Positions 49,682 through 63,080 of a DNA stretch of 64,000 bases are shown in pieces. The notes under the pieces are model-generated. The model did not search any database and was not told the DNA's origin. It was given only the letters and a program-made list of their open reading frames with translations. A program made the position numbers and the translations under genes. How positions within the stretch are numbered: the first letter of the stretch is position 1; every line of letters starts with the position of its first letter. Source of the stretch: Haliotis cracherodii (Eukaryota). The stretch lies in contig NW_027266266.1 in assembly GCF_022045235.1 (NCBI RefSeq), positions 24,800,001-24,864,000 on the forward strand, read 5' to 3'.

Positions 49682-52138
49682 ATGAGCTCCTATGCCCAAG
49701 GTATGTCATTACTTCTACATTAGTAAGTTTGGCTTTTTTTTCTTTCTTTAATGACTTATTTACTTACTTGACTCTGAAGTAGGCCTAGATCTAGCCGATG
49801 GAAAAGAAGAAACTTCCAGAACAAACTGCCATGAAAGATGATCACTTGTCCAGTGTTCAAATCTTTTCCACGTTAATTGAGGCCAATTTTTCTGCCTTTT
49901 CCACAAACACATTCGTGTTTTAGTATATAAGTGAAGTTTCTGTAAATGTTTTCCAGCAGGCATGGTCAAATATTAGTAGCCATATATGAATATAGGTTAC
50001 CTGTCATTAATAGTTGAGGTAGTGTTGGTTGCCAGGCTGTTTCTGCTAATAGGATGTTGGACTTCTACAATTGTTTATAGAACTGTTCAATACGTAAACA
50101 CAAACGTATTGTAAATTATTTGTAGCCTTGAACTTCAGTCCTCTCCCAACTGCCCAATAGTTAAGGCATTATAAAAGAAAGAAATTTGCCATTTTTAAAG
50201 TTTTGTTATATGTTATCATTATAAGGACTAGTGAATAGGGCTGGGACGAGTCCAAATTTATTACCCGGGTACCCATCCCCCTATTACTCGATTGTCGGTA
50301 CAGATTGTCCGATTGGGAATAGTTTGCCCTGCCAAAATGTATTTAGATACACATTAAAAACGATCTGGTCAACACCGAAGTTGACTGACGTTTTATCTTT
50401 ATTCAAACATATGAAAGTCCCCAGAAGGAATGCGTGCATAGTCCGAAAGAAATGCGAACATTAGTGACTTGTAGTGTAACCATAGAGTTCTAACCACTGA
50501 GCTTTTTATCATTAAACAATATATGACGTGACTAACCACGGGTCTGGGTAGTCCTGTGGGTACCCGGGTCCAACTCAGCACCCACCCGACCCGAGTTACC
50601 GTCCCAGCCCTACTAGTGGACTACAATGTTTCTACCTGCCTTAGATATAGTTTACATGCCATTAATCAGTGAGTTGGTGTTTGGTTTCCAATGATGTTTC
50701 CAATCCAGTTTATTGTCGGTCTCTACAATGGTTTATTGAATTGTTCAACAGGTATTCACAACAATCAAATACCAATGATCATACAGTTCAGTAGTAGCTC
50801 AATATCAACATACTGTGTAAAATTGTGACTGAAATGTGTACTCTCCGAAGAATAAGAAATCACTTTTCTAAACTTTAACTCCAACACTGACAACATCATC
50901 GGTAATGTTCAATTACTATTTGATACAAGGACTTTCCACTGGTCTGTATCCTGTAACATTGGGGATAAAGCACATTGTCTTGCAGTTGCAGTGACTCACT
51001 GACAATGGTGTACAAAAAATAGGACATGTACTTATGTTCGTTCGTGCCATAATCTAAAAAACACTTGACAGTTGAAGAAAGGAAATATAATCCAGGTCAC
51101 TGCTTTTTTAACACATACCTTTTCTCCAGTCTACACCAATACAAATATATTTCTACTTTTAGCCCAACCTGTAGTAAGTAGTTCATTCATATGTTTATGT
51201 TATCACATATCGTAAATATTCTCTTACATCTCTAAATGTCCCAAAGCTGTTTACCTAATAATACAATGATTGTGTATTGTGTACCAAAGGTTTGTGTATT
51301 TTTATGTTATTCTATCTAATAATTGGCAGTGTAACTTGTATTTACCACAATCTGTATATCCTAGCTGTTTTGCAAAAAAATACTAAGTAATCATCACCTT
51401 CACATTTTAGTGTGTAATACATTTACTCCAATGACTATGGATCAACAGAATAACTGTAAACATTTTTTTTAAATTTGTTCATATACTGTTCAATTGATTC
51501 TGTCTTTAAGACTCTCATTCCTTCTTACTTGACAGCTGTTGACCTCGTGATCAGGTTCCCCTTGAACTTTGACATCTGGGCCCCTCCTCGCCAAGTGGGT
51601 GTCTTAGGAATCAGTTGTTGTAAAATTGAAATTGGTTCTTGTATTTCTGACTATTTCATGAGTGTATGGACTATATAATCTATATGTAAATAGTATCTAT
51701 ATAATCTTCAACTAAGACACATAATATTGACTTGCAAACTAATGTAAATGTGGAGTAATAACCACACATCTTTGTCACTAACGTTCTCCTGACATTATGC
51801 ATGAGTATCCCTTAAATTCAATCAATTTCCAGCATCTACCCTCATCTTTCTCTACTTGCTACTTTAATCTTCTGTCACTCTCTACATGTCCTTCTCTCCC
51901 TCCCTGTCAGCATCGTCCTGGGAGATACATGACCATCCTTGACCCCCTGTCAGAGCTGCCCACCCCTCCCACCTCTCTCCCTGCCCCTCTCTCTACCCCT
52001 GTCCTCAGTGATGTCCCTCACTTCGTCGAAATCAACCTCGATGATGACGACACCCCGACCCAGTCCCCAGTTCGAGTCTTCCTGTCACGTGTGTCTGGAT
52101 TCTTGAAGAGAGTGTTCCGTGTCAAGATGGACGCTTAG
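49682..52138 (+). CDS. Uncharacterised 101-aa protein, tandem copy 4
   Basis: Exons 49682-49700, 51536-51594, 51911-52138; open frame, canonical splice sites. Confidence 0.8.
50236..50612. mobile_element. hAT-like MITE nested in an old CAGCG-family MITE
   Basis: TAGGGCTGGGACG ... CGTCCCAGCCCTA; TSD CTAGTGAA/CTAGTGGA. Confidence 0.8.
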
Positions 52139-55100
52139 AGTGACATCTTGCTACCTCTTGGACGATTTGTCAAATAATAATTAATTATATTGAATCATAA
52201 ATACAAGATGTTTTGTGCTTTTGGCAATTTTGGACACTTTGGAACATTTTTTTTTACTTTTCGTACCTTTCGGACATTTTGTGCTTTTGGCTTTTTTCAA
52301 GTACACATTCAGGCCCTTTCGAGTGTTCCGTGTCAAGATGGACGCTTGGAGTGACATCTTACTAATTCTTGGACGCTGTGTCATATAATAATTAATTACA
52401 TTCAATCATAAATACAAGATATTTTGTGCTTTTGGCAGTTTTTCTACTTTTTGGACCTTTCGGACACTTTTCACGCTTTTGGTTGTTTTTTTCCCCAGAA
52501 ATATACGCTATTTGTATTATACATTTAAAGACGTAAAGTTTGATTTACACATTTAGGCACTTTCGGACAAGGTATTAACGTCTATTTTATTTGATTAAAT
52601 CGTTACAAATCAATATTAACTATTAAAGATTGTCTTTGGCTTTTAGCCCCTTTGCTTTGTCTTTTGTTAAATAGCACACGATCTTGAAAATCAATCAAGC
52701 AACGCGTGGTATGTGCAGAAACTGCATATAACGTTTATAGCATCATATATTGTTCGTGTGGACTCATCACAACAGATAGTGACAGATTCTGACTCGATTC
52801 TTTGCATCTCTCTCAACATATTTGCTACAGCATATAACATAGACTTACAATACTAAGAGTGCCAGGTGCCCTGTTGGTACGCGGGATTCGGGGTCTATTT
52901 ACAGGGTATTCAGCAGTGTGGTACGCGGGACGCAAATAAAATCGTTTTTGATACGCAGATTCAAAATCTCTAAAATAAAAGGTGTAGGTTACAAAATCCT
53001 TTACATATCATATTTTTTTTCTGCGATTGAAGTTTAATTGCACCCTTTTCTCAATGCTTTTGAGTGTTGCAGTAAGTAGTATTCGGGATTCAGAGGTGAG
53101 CAATTGCACCCTCAATACTTGTACCACTTAGATCAATTTGTGCATACAGTCCCTGGAGTCTGTACTGAACTCCGCTAACGAAGTCACATGACTCAAATTA
53201 GATCCCAGATTAGTTCTGTCCTACTACTGCTGAACACTGGATTTGATTAAAATGGTACATAAATGACAATCATACTTTAGAGACCGTAGTGAGTAAGTTT
53301 GGTTTGACGCAGGTTACGGGCGGATACCACTAGCTCGGGTAGAGTGCTGACAGAGCAGGGGTCAATACTAAGGAGAATCCAAGATTCGAACCCACGATCA
53401 TTTGGTCCTGGTACAGTGACCGACGCAACTGCACAGATACCAAACATCCCTTGGCCACCCTGCCCCTTTGCATATTCGAAATAATGCTAGAGTAGCTGGT
53501 CCTATGTCCTAGAGTTCCTTGATGTCCTATGTAGCTGTACTAAAGAGGAGGCGCATTCATCGACTATTGGCACGAGTTTATAGAAATCTTCCGGCCATAT
53601 CACGACGATGGACATCAAGTCACTAGCTTCAAATGTAGTCTGTCTTTGAATATACGAAAGTGTGTGAATGAGTGAATGTTCTTCAGTAATATTTCAGCTA
53701 TATCAAAGAAGTCTGTAAAGTAATCGAGTCTGGACCAGGGAAACCAGTGGTTGACTGCATTAGCAACGACCCACACGGTCGAAGCACGGTCGAGTGGGGA
53801 GATTATTCCTCCCAGCAATCTCCAAATGGGGTTAGTAACTCAGGTTCCCCGTTTTATTTCTACACGATTCCATTTCAATCGCCACTGAATTGGCAGCCAA
53901 AGTTGAGACCAGTTGTTATGTTACGATATGCAAATTCGTGTAAAACGTCATAACATGTTAGGTGTATCAATATTGGATCAGACACGTGCCCTGTGTCAAA
54001 CGCTGCGTTAAATAGATAATATTGATAATGTCGCTGATTCATTTCCAGTGTGCTCAGAGAGATCGGATGACCTCGAGTTGATATACAACAGGTGAAACAC
54101 CGATTACAGATAAAGAATTTCGTCAAAAAATACTGTGTCAAATGTTGTTGGCTCATTATTGTATCACAGTAAACTTTGTTCATATATTTTTGCCGTCTGT
54201 TCACAGGAAGATCCGAAGCCAACCCCTCCACTCGCTAGTGGTGTATCACTGAGAAGCCTTCGTCCCCATCTGATGTGTATCGCGCCTGTTATAAACACGT
54301 ATCAGTGAAACGTTTAATAAAATTCTGCTGTGAATGTTAATCTGTTGTGTGCTTCTTTGTAGCTATGTTCAAATTCTTATGGTGTTATTATCACTTGAGT
54401 GAGTGGGTGAATTGGGTCTTAAGCTGCGTTTGCAAAGTGTGGAATGCAGGTCTTGAGCGCAAACAGTTTAAGTGAAACCCACGGGATTCGAACCCATGGT
54501 CATAGGATTCTTACACGCCAAAGGCGACGAACATTTGGACGTGTTGTATCCTTGGTGAATGTAAGTAAATACCAGTGGAAAGAAGGTACCTAACATTCTT
54601 TAACCAGTGATAATATAGGATTATTTTGTCAGAACATCCATCACAGCAAGTGTTCTAAAACCCGAGGACATTATTTGTTTTCAGGACACAGAATGTCAGA
54701 AAAATAATAAAAACAGTCCTTTCATATTGGAATACACTCTTCGATAAGTTAATCAGACTCGTCATTCATATAAGAGACAACTTAAATCAGTGGAAAGTCA
54801 AGGTGAAACAAATTGGTTAAAGTTGCTGTGGCGTCTGTGCCATGTACCCGTATAAGGGCGCTATTTATCTCTAATATTGCACGAGGAGAATCAAGACAAC
54901 TACATTGTTCGACACCATCGATTATTCTCCCCAAGGGAAGTAACTCTCATCGGTACACCATCTTCGGTAAAGGCCAACGGGATTATCTCCCTTAAAAATA
55001 CAACTATAACCGTCATATACGGAACAAAGTTACAGCAATTGTAACCAAACTACTCGCCACATCAACCTTATCTTTTCAAAGTGAGACCACTCGAACAAAA

Positions 55101-56263
55101 CACATTTTGAAACATTTTTATATGAACGGGACGGACAGCATCTATTCCTATTCGTGGCAGGGAATAAAATCAACTAAACAAATTATCATTTTATTTAAAT
55201 TTTACACTGTAATAATACCGTGTTATAAACACAAAACACTAAAACATTATGGCAATACATTGTGTGGCTCCAGAATATGTAGTGAAATGAAAACTAACAG
55301 AAGCAAGACTGTTTTCTTCAAAATAAATGCTACGAACATTCATCATAAATACCTTGCACACATTTGATGCTAAATAATAACCACCGTAATAAAACAACAC
55401 CCGTGGCACATGTGCTTACCTGACGTTAATGTTTTGTTGCTACCAGAGAAATATGATGCATTATCATTAAAGTACAACAAATACATTCCCGTGAATATCC
55501 TTAAAATGGACACACAAGGATGAAGTTCCTCAACAAAATGGAACTGTTACATTTAGAAACAAGTACTAGTACTTATACTGGTAAACCTACAGTCCGTTTC
55601 TGACATTCATACAATTGTATCAACCTGCAAGTTGAACTTGAAACAAGAGAACTGACACGCGACAACAAAATTGTTACTTAAATCTGAAAATACCATAATA
55701 CATGTAGTAACCATGATAATACAGTCTACAGAACAATTAATAAAATCAGAGTCTTGGATTGAATATGTCCATATCTTTGAGTGAGTGTCTTCACCCATTT
55801 GTTGTTTGTTTATTTGTTGTTTAACGCAACACTCTGCAATATTCCAACTATATACGACGGCGGTTTGTAAATAATCGAGTCTGGACCAGACAATCCAGTG
55901 ATGGATATCATGAGCATCAACCAAGTCAACGAGCCTGACAACCGACAACAAGCATATTCATCTTACGTCAAGCATAGGTTGCTGAAGACCTATTCTCACC
56001 GGGATATTTACGAGTTTCAACTAGTTTTTGACACAATTGGGTGAGGAAGAGAATATATGGATTTCAACTACTTTATTATGAGGATCACAACGTTTCGGAG
56101 TATATACTTTCTCCTTCATCAGGTGTAGCAGCAGTTGAACCAGTTTATGGTACACCATCATAACATCGGTAATCAAGGTCAACTGGATTATCTCCCCTTA
56201 ATTATTAACATAAATAATGAAATACGACTATAACCATCAGAACAAAGTTGCATCAATTATGAC

Positions 56264-56665
56264 TAGGGCTGGGGCGAGATCAAATTTACTACCCGGGTAC
56301 CCACCCCCCTGTTACCCGGCCCTACCCCGGTATCTGCTGTAGGTCTCAAGAGATTGGTCCAAATGTCCGATTGGGAATAGTTTGACCGTATTTAGATACT
56401 CGTATAAAAGGAACTTGTCATGCACACACTGAAGTTGATGGAAGTTTTATCTTTATTCAAACACATAAAGTCAGAAGGAATGCGTGGCTAGTCAGAAAGA
56501 AATGTGAACATTTGTGACTAGTAGTGTTACCATGGTGTTCTAGATAATTTTGCCATTAAACAATATATCACGTGACTAACCAAGGGTCCGGGTAGTCCTG
56601 TGAGTACCTGGTTCCTATACAGTACCCACCCGACCTGAGTACGCGAGTTACCCGTCCCAGCCCTA
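56264..56665. mobile_element. hAT-like MITE (duplicate of 48238-48639)
   Basis: Same termini; TSD ATTATGAC/ACTATGAC. Confidence 0.8.
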
Positions 56666-57547
56666 ACTATGACTTAACTTCTCCTCGCCCCGTTACCCAA
56701 ACAGTAACAGGCTCCTTACTTCTTTGGTGTAGACACAAAATGCACTATACCTTCTTCGTGTGCATAATTAATGTCCAGAAAGTTGAATAGTCTTGCAATT
56801 TGTGCCACCAAAGTAGTAAAACTGAAAAAAAACATACATTACTGAATAGCAAAAGGCACAGGTTCAGTATTTGTTTGGTGAGTATACAAAGTTTTATCTT
56901 AATGTCACCATTTATCAATGGTTTATGATTAATGTTCTGGAAAAGAACTCTACCATGAACAAAGTCATGAATAGAAAATGGCACTTTCCTGCTCTGTTTG
57001 CCGGGGCTGACTACTGTTGTGCTAACAATTACTTGGGAAGGAGTCCATTGCTGTTATTTAACCAGTTCACATCTCCTTCACTTTCAAAGCCTATACATGA
57101 AGGTCGAGAGTTATCAGTTCTGAAGAGTGTGTCCAGTCAAGTGCACAACGTCCGTTTCAATTATTTATTTTCCTGTATTCCAAAGATTTGTAACATCATA
57201 TCTTATACAGGAGCCTATTGGCTGCTGGATTTTGATGCTCTGCGTCGTCGCTATTGTCTTGTCTGATATGCATACAATCTATACAACTCAGCAGCGAGAG
57301 AAAATAACAGTTTTAGTCAACTAGTCCTTATAATGGTAACATATAGCAAAGACCTTTAAAAGGACAAATTTCTACTTGTAATAATGATACTTTAACAACT
57401 GGGTCCCAGTCTTGCAAGGACTAACCTACTGTCTAACCCAATGTCTAACGTTGCTCAGTGTGAACTCACTCGTTTTGAACCACCCAACAACTGAAAACTG
57501 GGATCCTGACCTGCGTAGAGCAAAAAGAAAACCAGTCAAGCTGTCAC

Positions 57548-57599
57548 GTCACGTGATACTATGACCGTCTCGCGAGATTTATGACGTCGCCATGACGAC
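57548..57599 (+). promoter_or_regulatory. Promoter cassette, copy 5
   Basis: GTCACGTGAT...TCTCGCGAGA...GTCGCCATGACGAC. Confidence 0.65.
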
Positions 57600-57706
57600 A
57601 CTTCACTACTGATATCGCCATTGCTGTGATCATCATACTGCTATCATCTTGCTGCTATTTGGCTGCCATTTGCCTCGTATTTCGCTCATCTTCGTCTGCT
57701 TACGAC

Positions 57707-60196
57707 ATGAGCTCCTACGCCCAAGGTATGTCATTACTTCTACATTAGTAAGTTTGGCTTTTTTTCTTTCTTTAATGACTTATTTACTTAATTGACTCTG
57801 AAGCAGGCCTAGATCTAGCCGATGGAAAAGAAGAAACTTCCAGAACATACTGCCATGAAAGATGATCACTTGTCCAGTGTTCAGATCTTTTCCACGTTAA
57901 TTGAGGCCAATTTTTCTGCCTTTTCAACAAACACATTCGTGTTTTAGTATATAAGTGAGGTTTCTGTAAATGTTTTCCAGCAGGCATGGTCAAATATTAG
58001 TAGCCATATATGAATATAGGTTACCTGTCATTAATAGTTGAGGTAGTGTTGGTTGCCAGGCCGTTTCTGCAAATAGGATGTTGGACTTCTACAATTGTTT
58101 ATAGAACTGTTCAATACGTAAACACAAACCTATTGTAAACTATTTGTAGCCTTGAACTTCAGTCCTCTCCCAACTGCCCAATAGTTAAGGCACCATTAAA
58201 GAAAGAAATTTGCCATTTTTAAAGTTTTGTTATATGTTATCATTATAAGGACTAGTGAATAGGGCTGGGACGATTCCAAATTTACTACCCGGGTACCCAT
58301 CCCCCTATTACTCGATTGTCGGTACAGATTGTCCGATTGGGAATAGTTTGCCCTGCCAAAATGTATTTAGATACACATTTAAAACGATCTGGTCAACACC
58401 GAAGTTGACTGACGTTTTATCTTTATTCAAACATATGAAAGTCAGAAGGAATGCGTGCATAGTCCGAAAGAAATGCGAACATTAGTGACTTGTAGTGTAA
58501 CAATAGAGTTCTAACCACTGAGCTTTTTATCATTAAACAATATATGACGTGACTAACCACGGGTCTGGGTAGTCCTGTGGGTACCCGGGTCCAACTCAGC
58601 ACCCACCCGATCCGAGTTACCGTCCCAGCCCTACTAGTGGACTACAATGTTTCTACCTGCCTTAAATATAGTTTACATGCCATTAATCAGTGAGTTGGTG
58701 TTTGGTTTCCAATGATGTTTCCAATCCAGTTTATTGTCGGTCTCTACAATGGTTTATTGAATTGTTCAATGGGTATTCACAAAATTCAAATACCAATGAT
58801 CATACAGTTCAGTAGTAGCTCAATATCAACATACTGTGTAAAATTGTGACTGAAATGTGTACTCTCCGAAGAATAAGAAATCACTTTTCTAAACTTTAAC
58901 TCCAACACTGACAACATCATCGGTAATGTTCAATTACTATTTGATACAAGGACTTTCCACTGGTCTGTATCCTGTAACATTGGTGATGAAGCACATTGTC
59001 TTCCAGTTGCAGTGACTGACTGACAATGGTGTACAAAAAACAGGACATGTACTTATGTTCGTTTGAGCTGTTATCTAAAAAAACACTTGACAGTTGAAGA
59101 AAGGAAATAAAATCCTGGTCACTGCTTTCTGAACACATGCAACTCGTACCTTTTCTCCAGTCTACACCAATACAAATATATTTCTACTTTTAGCCCAACC
59201 TGTAGTAAGCAGTTCCTTCATATGTTCATGTTATCACATATCGTAGATATTCTCTTACATCTCTTAATGTCCCAAAGCTGTTTACCTAATAATACAATGA
59301 TTGTGTATTGTGTACCAAAGGTTTGTGTATTTTTATGTTATTCTATCTAATAATTGGCAGTGTAACTTGTATTTACCACAATCTGTATATCCTAGCTGTT
59401 TTGCAAAAAAATACTAAGTAATCACCACCTTCACATTTTAGTGTGTAATACATTTACTCCAATGACAATGGATGAACAGAATAACTGTAAACATTTTTTA
59501 AAATTTGTTCATATACTGTTCAATTGATTCTGTCTTGTTTATCCCTATTTAAGACTCTCATTCCTTCTTACTTGACAGCTGTTGACCTCGTGATCAGGTT
59601 CCCCTTGAACTTTGACATCTGGGCCCCTCCTCGCCAAGTGGGTGTCCTTTAGGAATCAGTACTTTGCTAGAGTTGTTGTAAAATTGAAATTGGTTCTTGT
59701 ATTTCTGACTATTTCATGAGTGTATGGACTATATAATCTATATATAAAAATTATCTATATAATCTTCAACTAACACACATAATATTGACTTGCAAACTAA
59801 TGTAAATGTGGAGTAATAACCACACATCTTTGTCAATAACGTTATCCTGACATTATGCATGAGCATCCCTTAAATTCAATCAATTTCCAGCATCTACTCT
59901 CATCTTTCTCTACTTGCTATTTAAATCTTCTGTCACTCTCTACATGTCCTTCTCTCCCTCCCTGTCAGCATCGTCCTGGGAGATACATGACCATCCTTGA
60001 CCCCCTGTCAGAGCTGCCCACCCCTCCCACCTCTCTCCCTGCCCCTCTCTCTACCCCCGTCCTCAGTGATGCTCCTCACTTCGTCGAAATCAACCTCGAT
60101 GATGACGACACCCCTACCCAGTCCCCAGTTCGAGTCATCCTGTCACGTGTGTCTGGATTCTTGAGGAGAGTGTTCCGTGTCAAGGTGGACGCTTAG
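57707..60196 (+). CDS. Uncharacterised 101-aa protein, tandem copy 5
   Basis: Exons 57707-57725, 59579-59637, 59969-60196; open frame, canonical splice sites; ends KVDA*. Confidence 0.8.
58260..58633. mobile_element. hAT-like MITE (duplicate of 50236-50612)
   Basis: Same termini and TSD. Confidence 0.8.
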
Positions 60197-63080
60197 AGTG
60201 ACATCTTGCTACCTCTTGGACGATGTGTCATATGATAATTAATTATATTGAATCATAAATACAAGATATTTTGTGCTTTTGGCAGTTTTGGACACTTTGG
60301 AACATTTTTTTTACTTTTCGTACCTTTCGGACATTTTGTGCTTTTGGCTTTTTTCAATTACACATTCAGGCCCTTTTGAGTGTTCCCTGTCAAGATGGAC
60401 GCTTGGAGTGACATCTTACTAATTCTTGGATGCTGTGTCATATAATAATTAATTACATTCAATCATAAATACAAGATATTTTGTGCTTTTGGCAGTTTTT
60501 CTACTTTTCGGACCTTTCGGACATTTTTCAGGCTTTTGGTTGTTTTTTTTCCCAGAAATATACGCTATTTGTATTATACGTTTAAAGACGTAAAGTTTGA
60601 TTTACACATTTAGGCACTTTTGGACAAGGTATTAACGTCTATTTTATTTGATTAAATCGATTACCAATCAATATTAACTATTAAAGATTGTCTTTAGTTT
60701 TTAGCCCCTTTACTTTGTCTTTTGTTAAATAACACACGATCTTGAAAATCAATCAAGCAACGCGTGGTATGTGCAGAAACTGCATATAACGTTTATAGCA
60801 TCATATATTGTTCGTGTGGACTCATCACAACAGATAGTGATAGATTCTGACTCGATTCTTTGCATCTCTCTCAACATATTTGCTACAGCATATAACATAG
60901 ACTTACAATACTAAGAGTGCCAGGTGCCCTCTTGGTACGCGGGTTTCGGGTTCTATGTAAAGGGTATTCAGCAGTGTGGTACGCAGGACGCAAATAAAAT
61001 CGTATTTGATACGCAGATTCAACATCTCTAAAATAAAAGGTGTAGGTTACAAAATCCTTTACATATCATATTTTTTTCTGTGATTAGTTCTTTAATTGCA
61101 CCCTTTTCTCAATGCTTTTGACTGTTGCGGTAAGTAGTATTCGAGATTCAGGGGTGAGCAATTGCACCCTCAATACTTGTACCACTAAGATCAATTTGTG
61201 CATACAGTCCTTGGAGTCTGTACTGAACTCCGCTAACGAAGTCACATGACTCAAATTAGATCCCAGATTAGTTCTGTCCTACTACTGCTGAACACTGGAT
61301 TTGATTAAAATGGTACATAAATGACAATCATAATTTAGAGACCGTAGTGAGTAAGTTTGGTTAAATGCGGCTTTGACGCAGGTTACAGGCGGATACCACT
61401 AGCACGGGTAGAGTGCTGACAGAGCAGGGGTCAATACCAAGGAGAATCCAAGATTCGAACCCACGATCATTTGGTCCTGGTACAGTGACCGACGCAAATG
61501 CACAGATACCAAACATCCCTTGGCCACCCTGCCCCTTTGCATATTCGAAATAATGCTAGAGTAGCTGTTTCTAAGTCTTAGAGTTCCTTGATTTCCTATG
61601 TAGCTGTACTAAAGAGGAGGCGCATTCATCGACTATTAGGATGAGTTTATAGAAATCTTCCGGCCATATCACGACGATGGACATCAAGTCACTAGCTTCA
61701 AATGTAGTCTGTCTTTGAATATACGAAAGTGTGTGAGTGAGTGAATGTTCTTCAGTAATATTTCAGCTATATCAAAGAAGTCTGTAAAGTAATCGAGTCT
61801 GGACCAGGGAAACCAGTGGTTGACTGCATTAGCAACGACCCACACGGTCGAAGCACGGTCGAGTGGGGGGGATTATTCTACCCAGCAATCTCCAAGTGGG
61901 GTTAGTAACTCAGGTTCCCAGTTTTATTTCTACACGATTCCATTTGAATTGCCACTGAATTGGCAGCCAAAGTTGAGACCAGTTTTTATGTTACGATATG
62001 CAAATTCGTGTAAAACGTCACAACATGTCAGTTAGTGTATCAATATTGGATCAGATATGTGTCCTGTGTCAAACGCTGCGTTAAATAGATAATATTGATA
62101 ATGTCGCTGATTCATTTCCAGTGTGTTCAGAGAGATCGGATGACCTCGAGTTGATATACAACAGGCGAAACACCGATTACAGATAAAGAATTTCGTCAAA
62201 AAATACTGTGTCAAATGTTGTCGGCTCACTATTGTATCACAGTTAACTTTGTTCATATATTTTTGCCGTCTGTTCACAGGAAGATCCGAAGCCAACCCCT
62301 CCACTCGCTAGTGGTGTATCACTGAGAAGCCTTCGTCCCCATCTGATGTGTATCGCGCCTGTTATAAACACGTATCAGTGAAACGTTTAATAAAATTCTG
62401 CTGTGAATGTTAATCTGTTGTGTGCTTCTTTGTAGCTCTGTTCAAATTCTTATGGTGTTATTATCACTTGAGTGAGTGGGTGAATTGGGTCTTAAGCTGC
62501 GTTTGCAAAGTGTGGAATGCAGGTCTTGGGCGCTAACAGTTTAAGTGAAACCCACGGGATTCGAACCCATGGTCATAGGATTCTTACACGCCAAAGGCGA
62601 CGAATATTTGGACGTGTTGTATCCTTGTTGAATGTAAGTAAATACCAGTGGAAAGAAGGTACCTAACATTCTTTAACCAGTGATAATATAGGATTATTTT
62701 GTCAGAACATCCATCACAGCAAGTGTTCTAAAACCCGAGGACATTATTTGTTTTCAGGACACAGAATGTCAGAAAAATAATAAAAACAGTCCTTTCATAT
62801 TGGAATACACTCTTCGATAAGTTAATCAGACTCGTCATTCATATAAGAGACAACTTAAATCGGTGGAAAGTCATGGTGAAACAAACTGGTTAAAGTTGCT
62901 GAGGCGTCTGTGTCATGTACCCGTATTAGGACGCTTTTTATCTCTAATATTGCACGAGGAGAATCAAGACAACTACATTGTTCGACACCATCGATTATTC
63001 TCCCCAAGGGAAGTAACTCTCATCGGTACACCATCTTCGGTAAAGGCCAACGGGATTATCTCCCTTAAAAATACAACTAT

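Larger units (their letters stand above)
47015..63080 (+). repeat. Recent tandem segmental duplication, period about 8.03 kb
   Basis: About 47015-55040 and about 55040-63080 are colinear and nearly identical, including both hAT MITEs; ATG-to-ATG spacing 8025 bp. Confidence 0.9.

Noticed and set aside
47082-59138. Pairs of similar short ORFs in units 4 and 5 (e.g. 47581/55607, 49100/57127, 50231/58255)
   Set aside because: Similarity reflects the recent 8-kb duplication and embedded SINEs/MITEs, not coding constraint.
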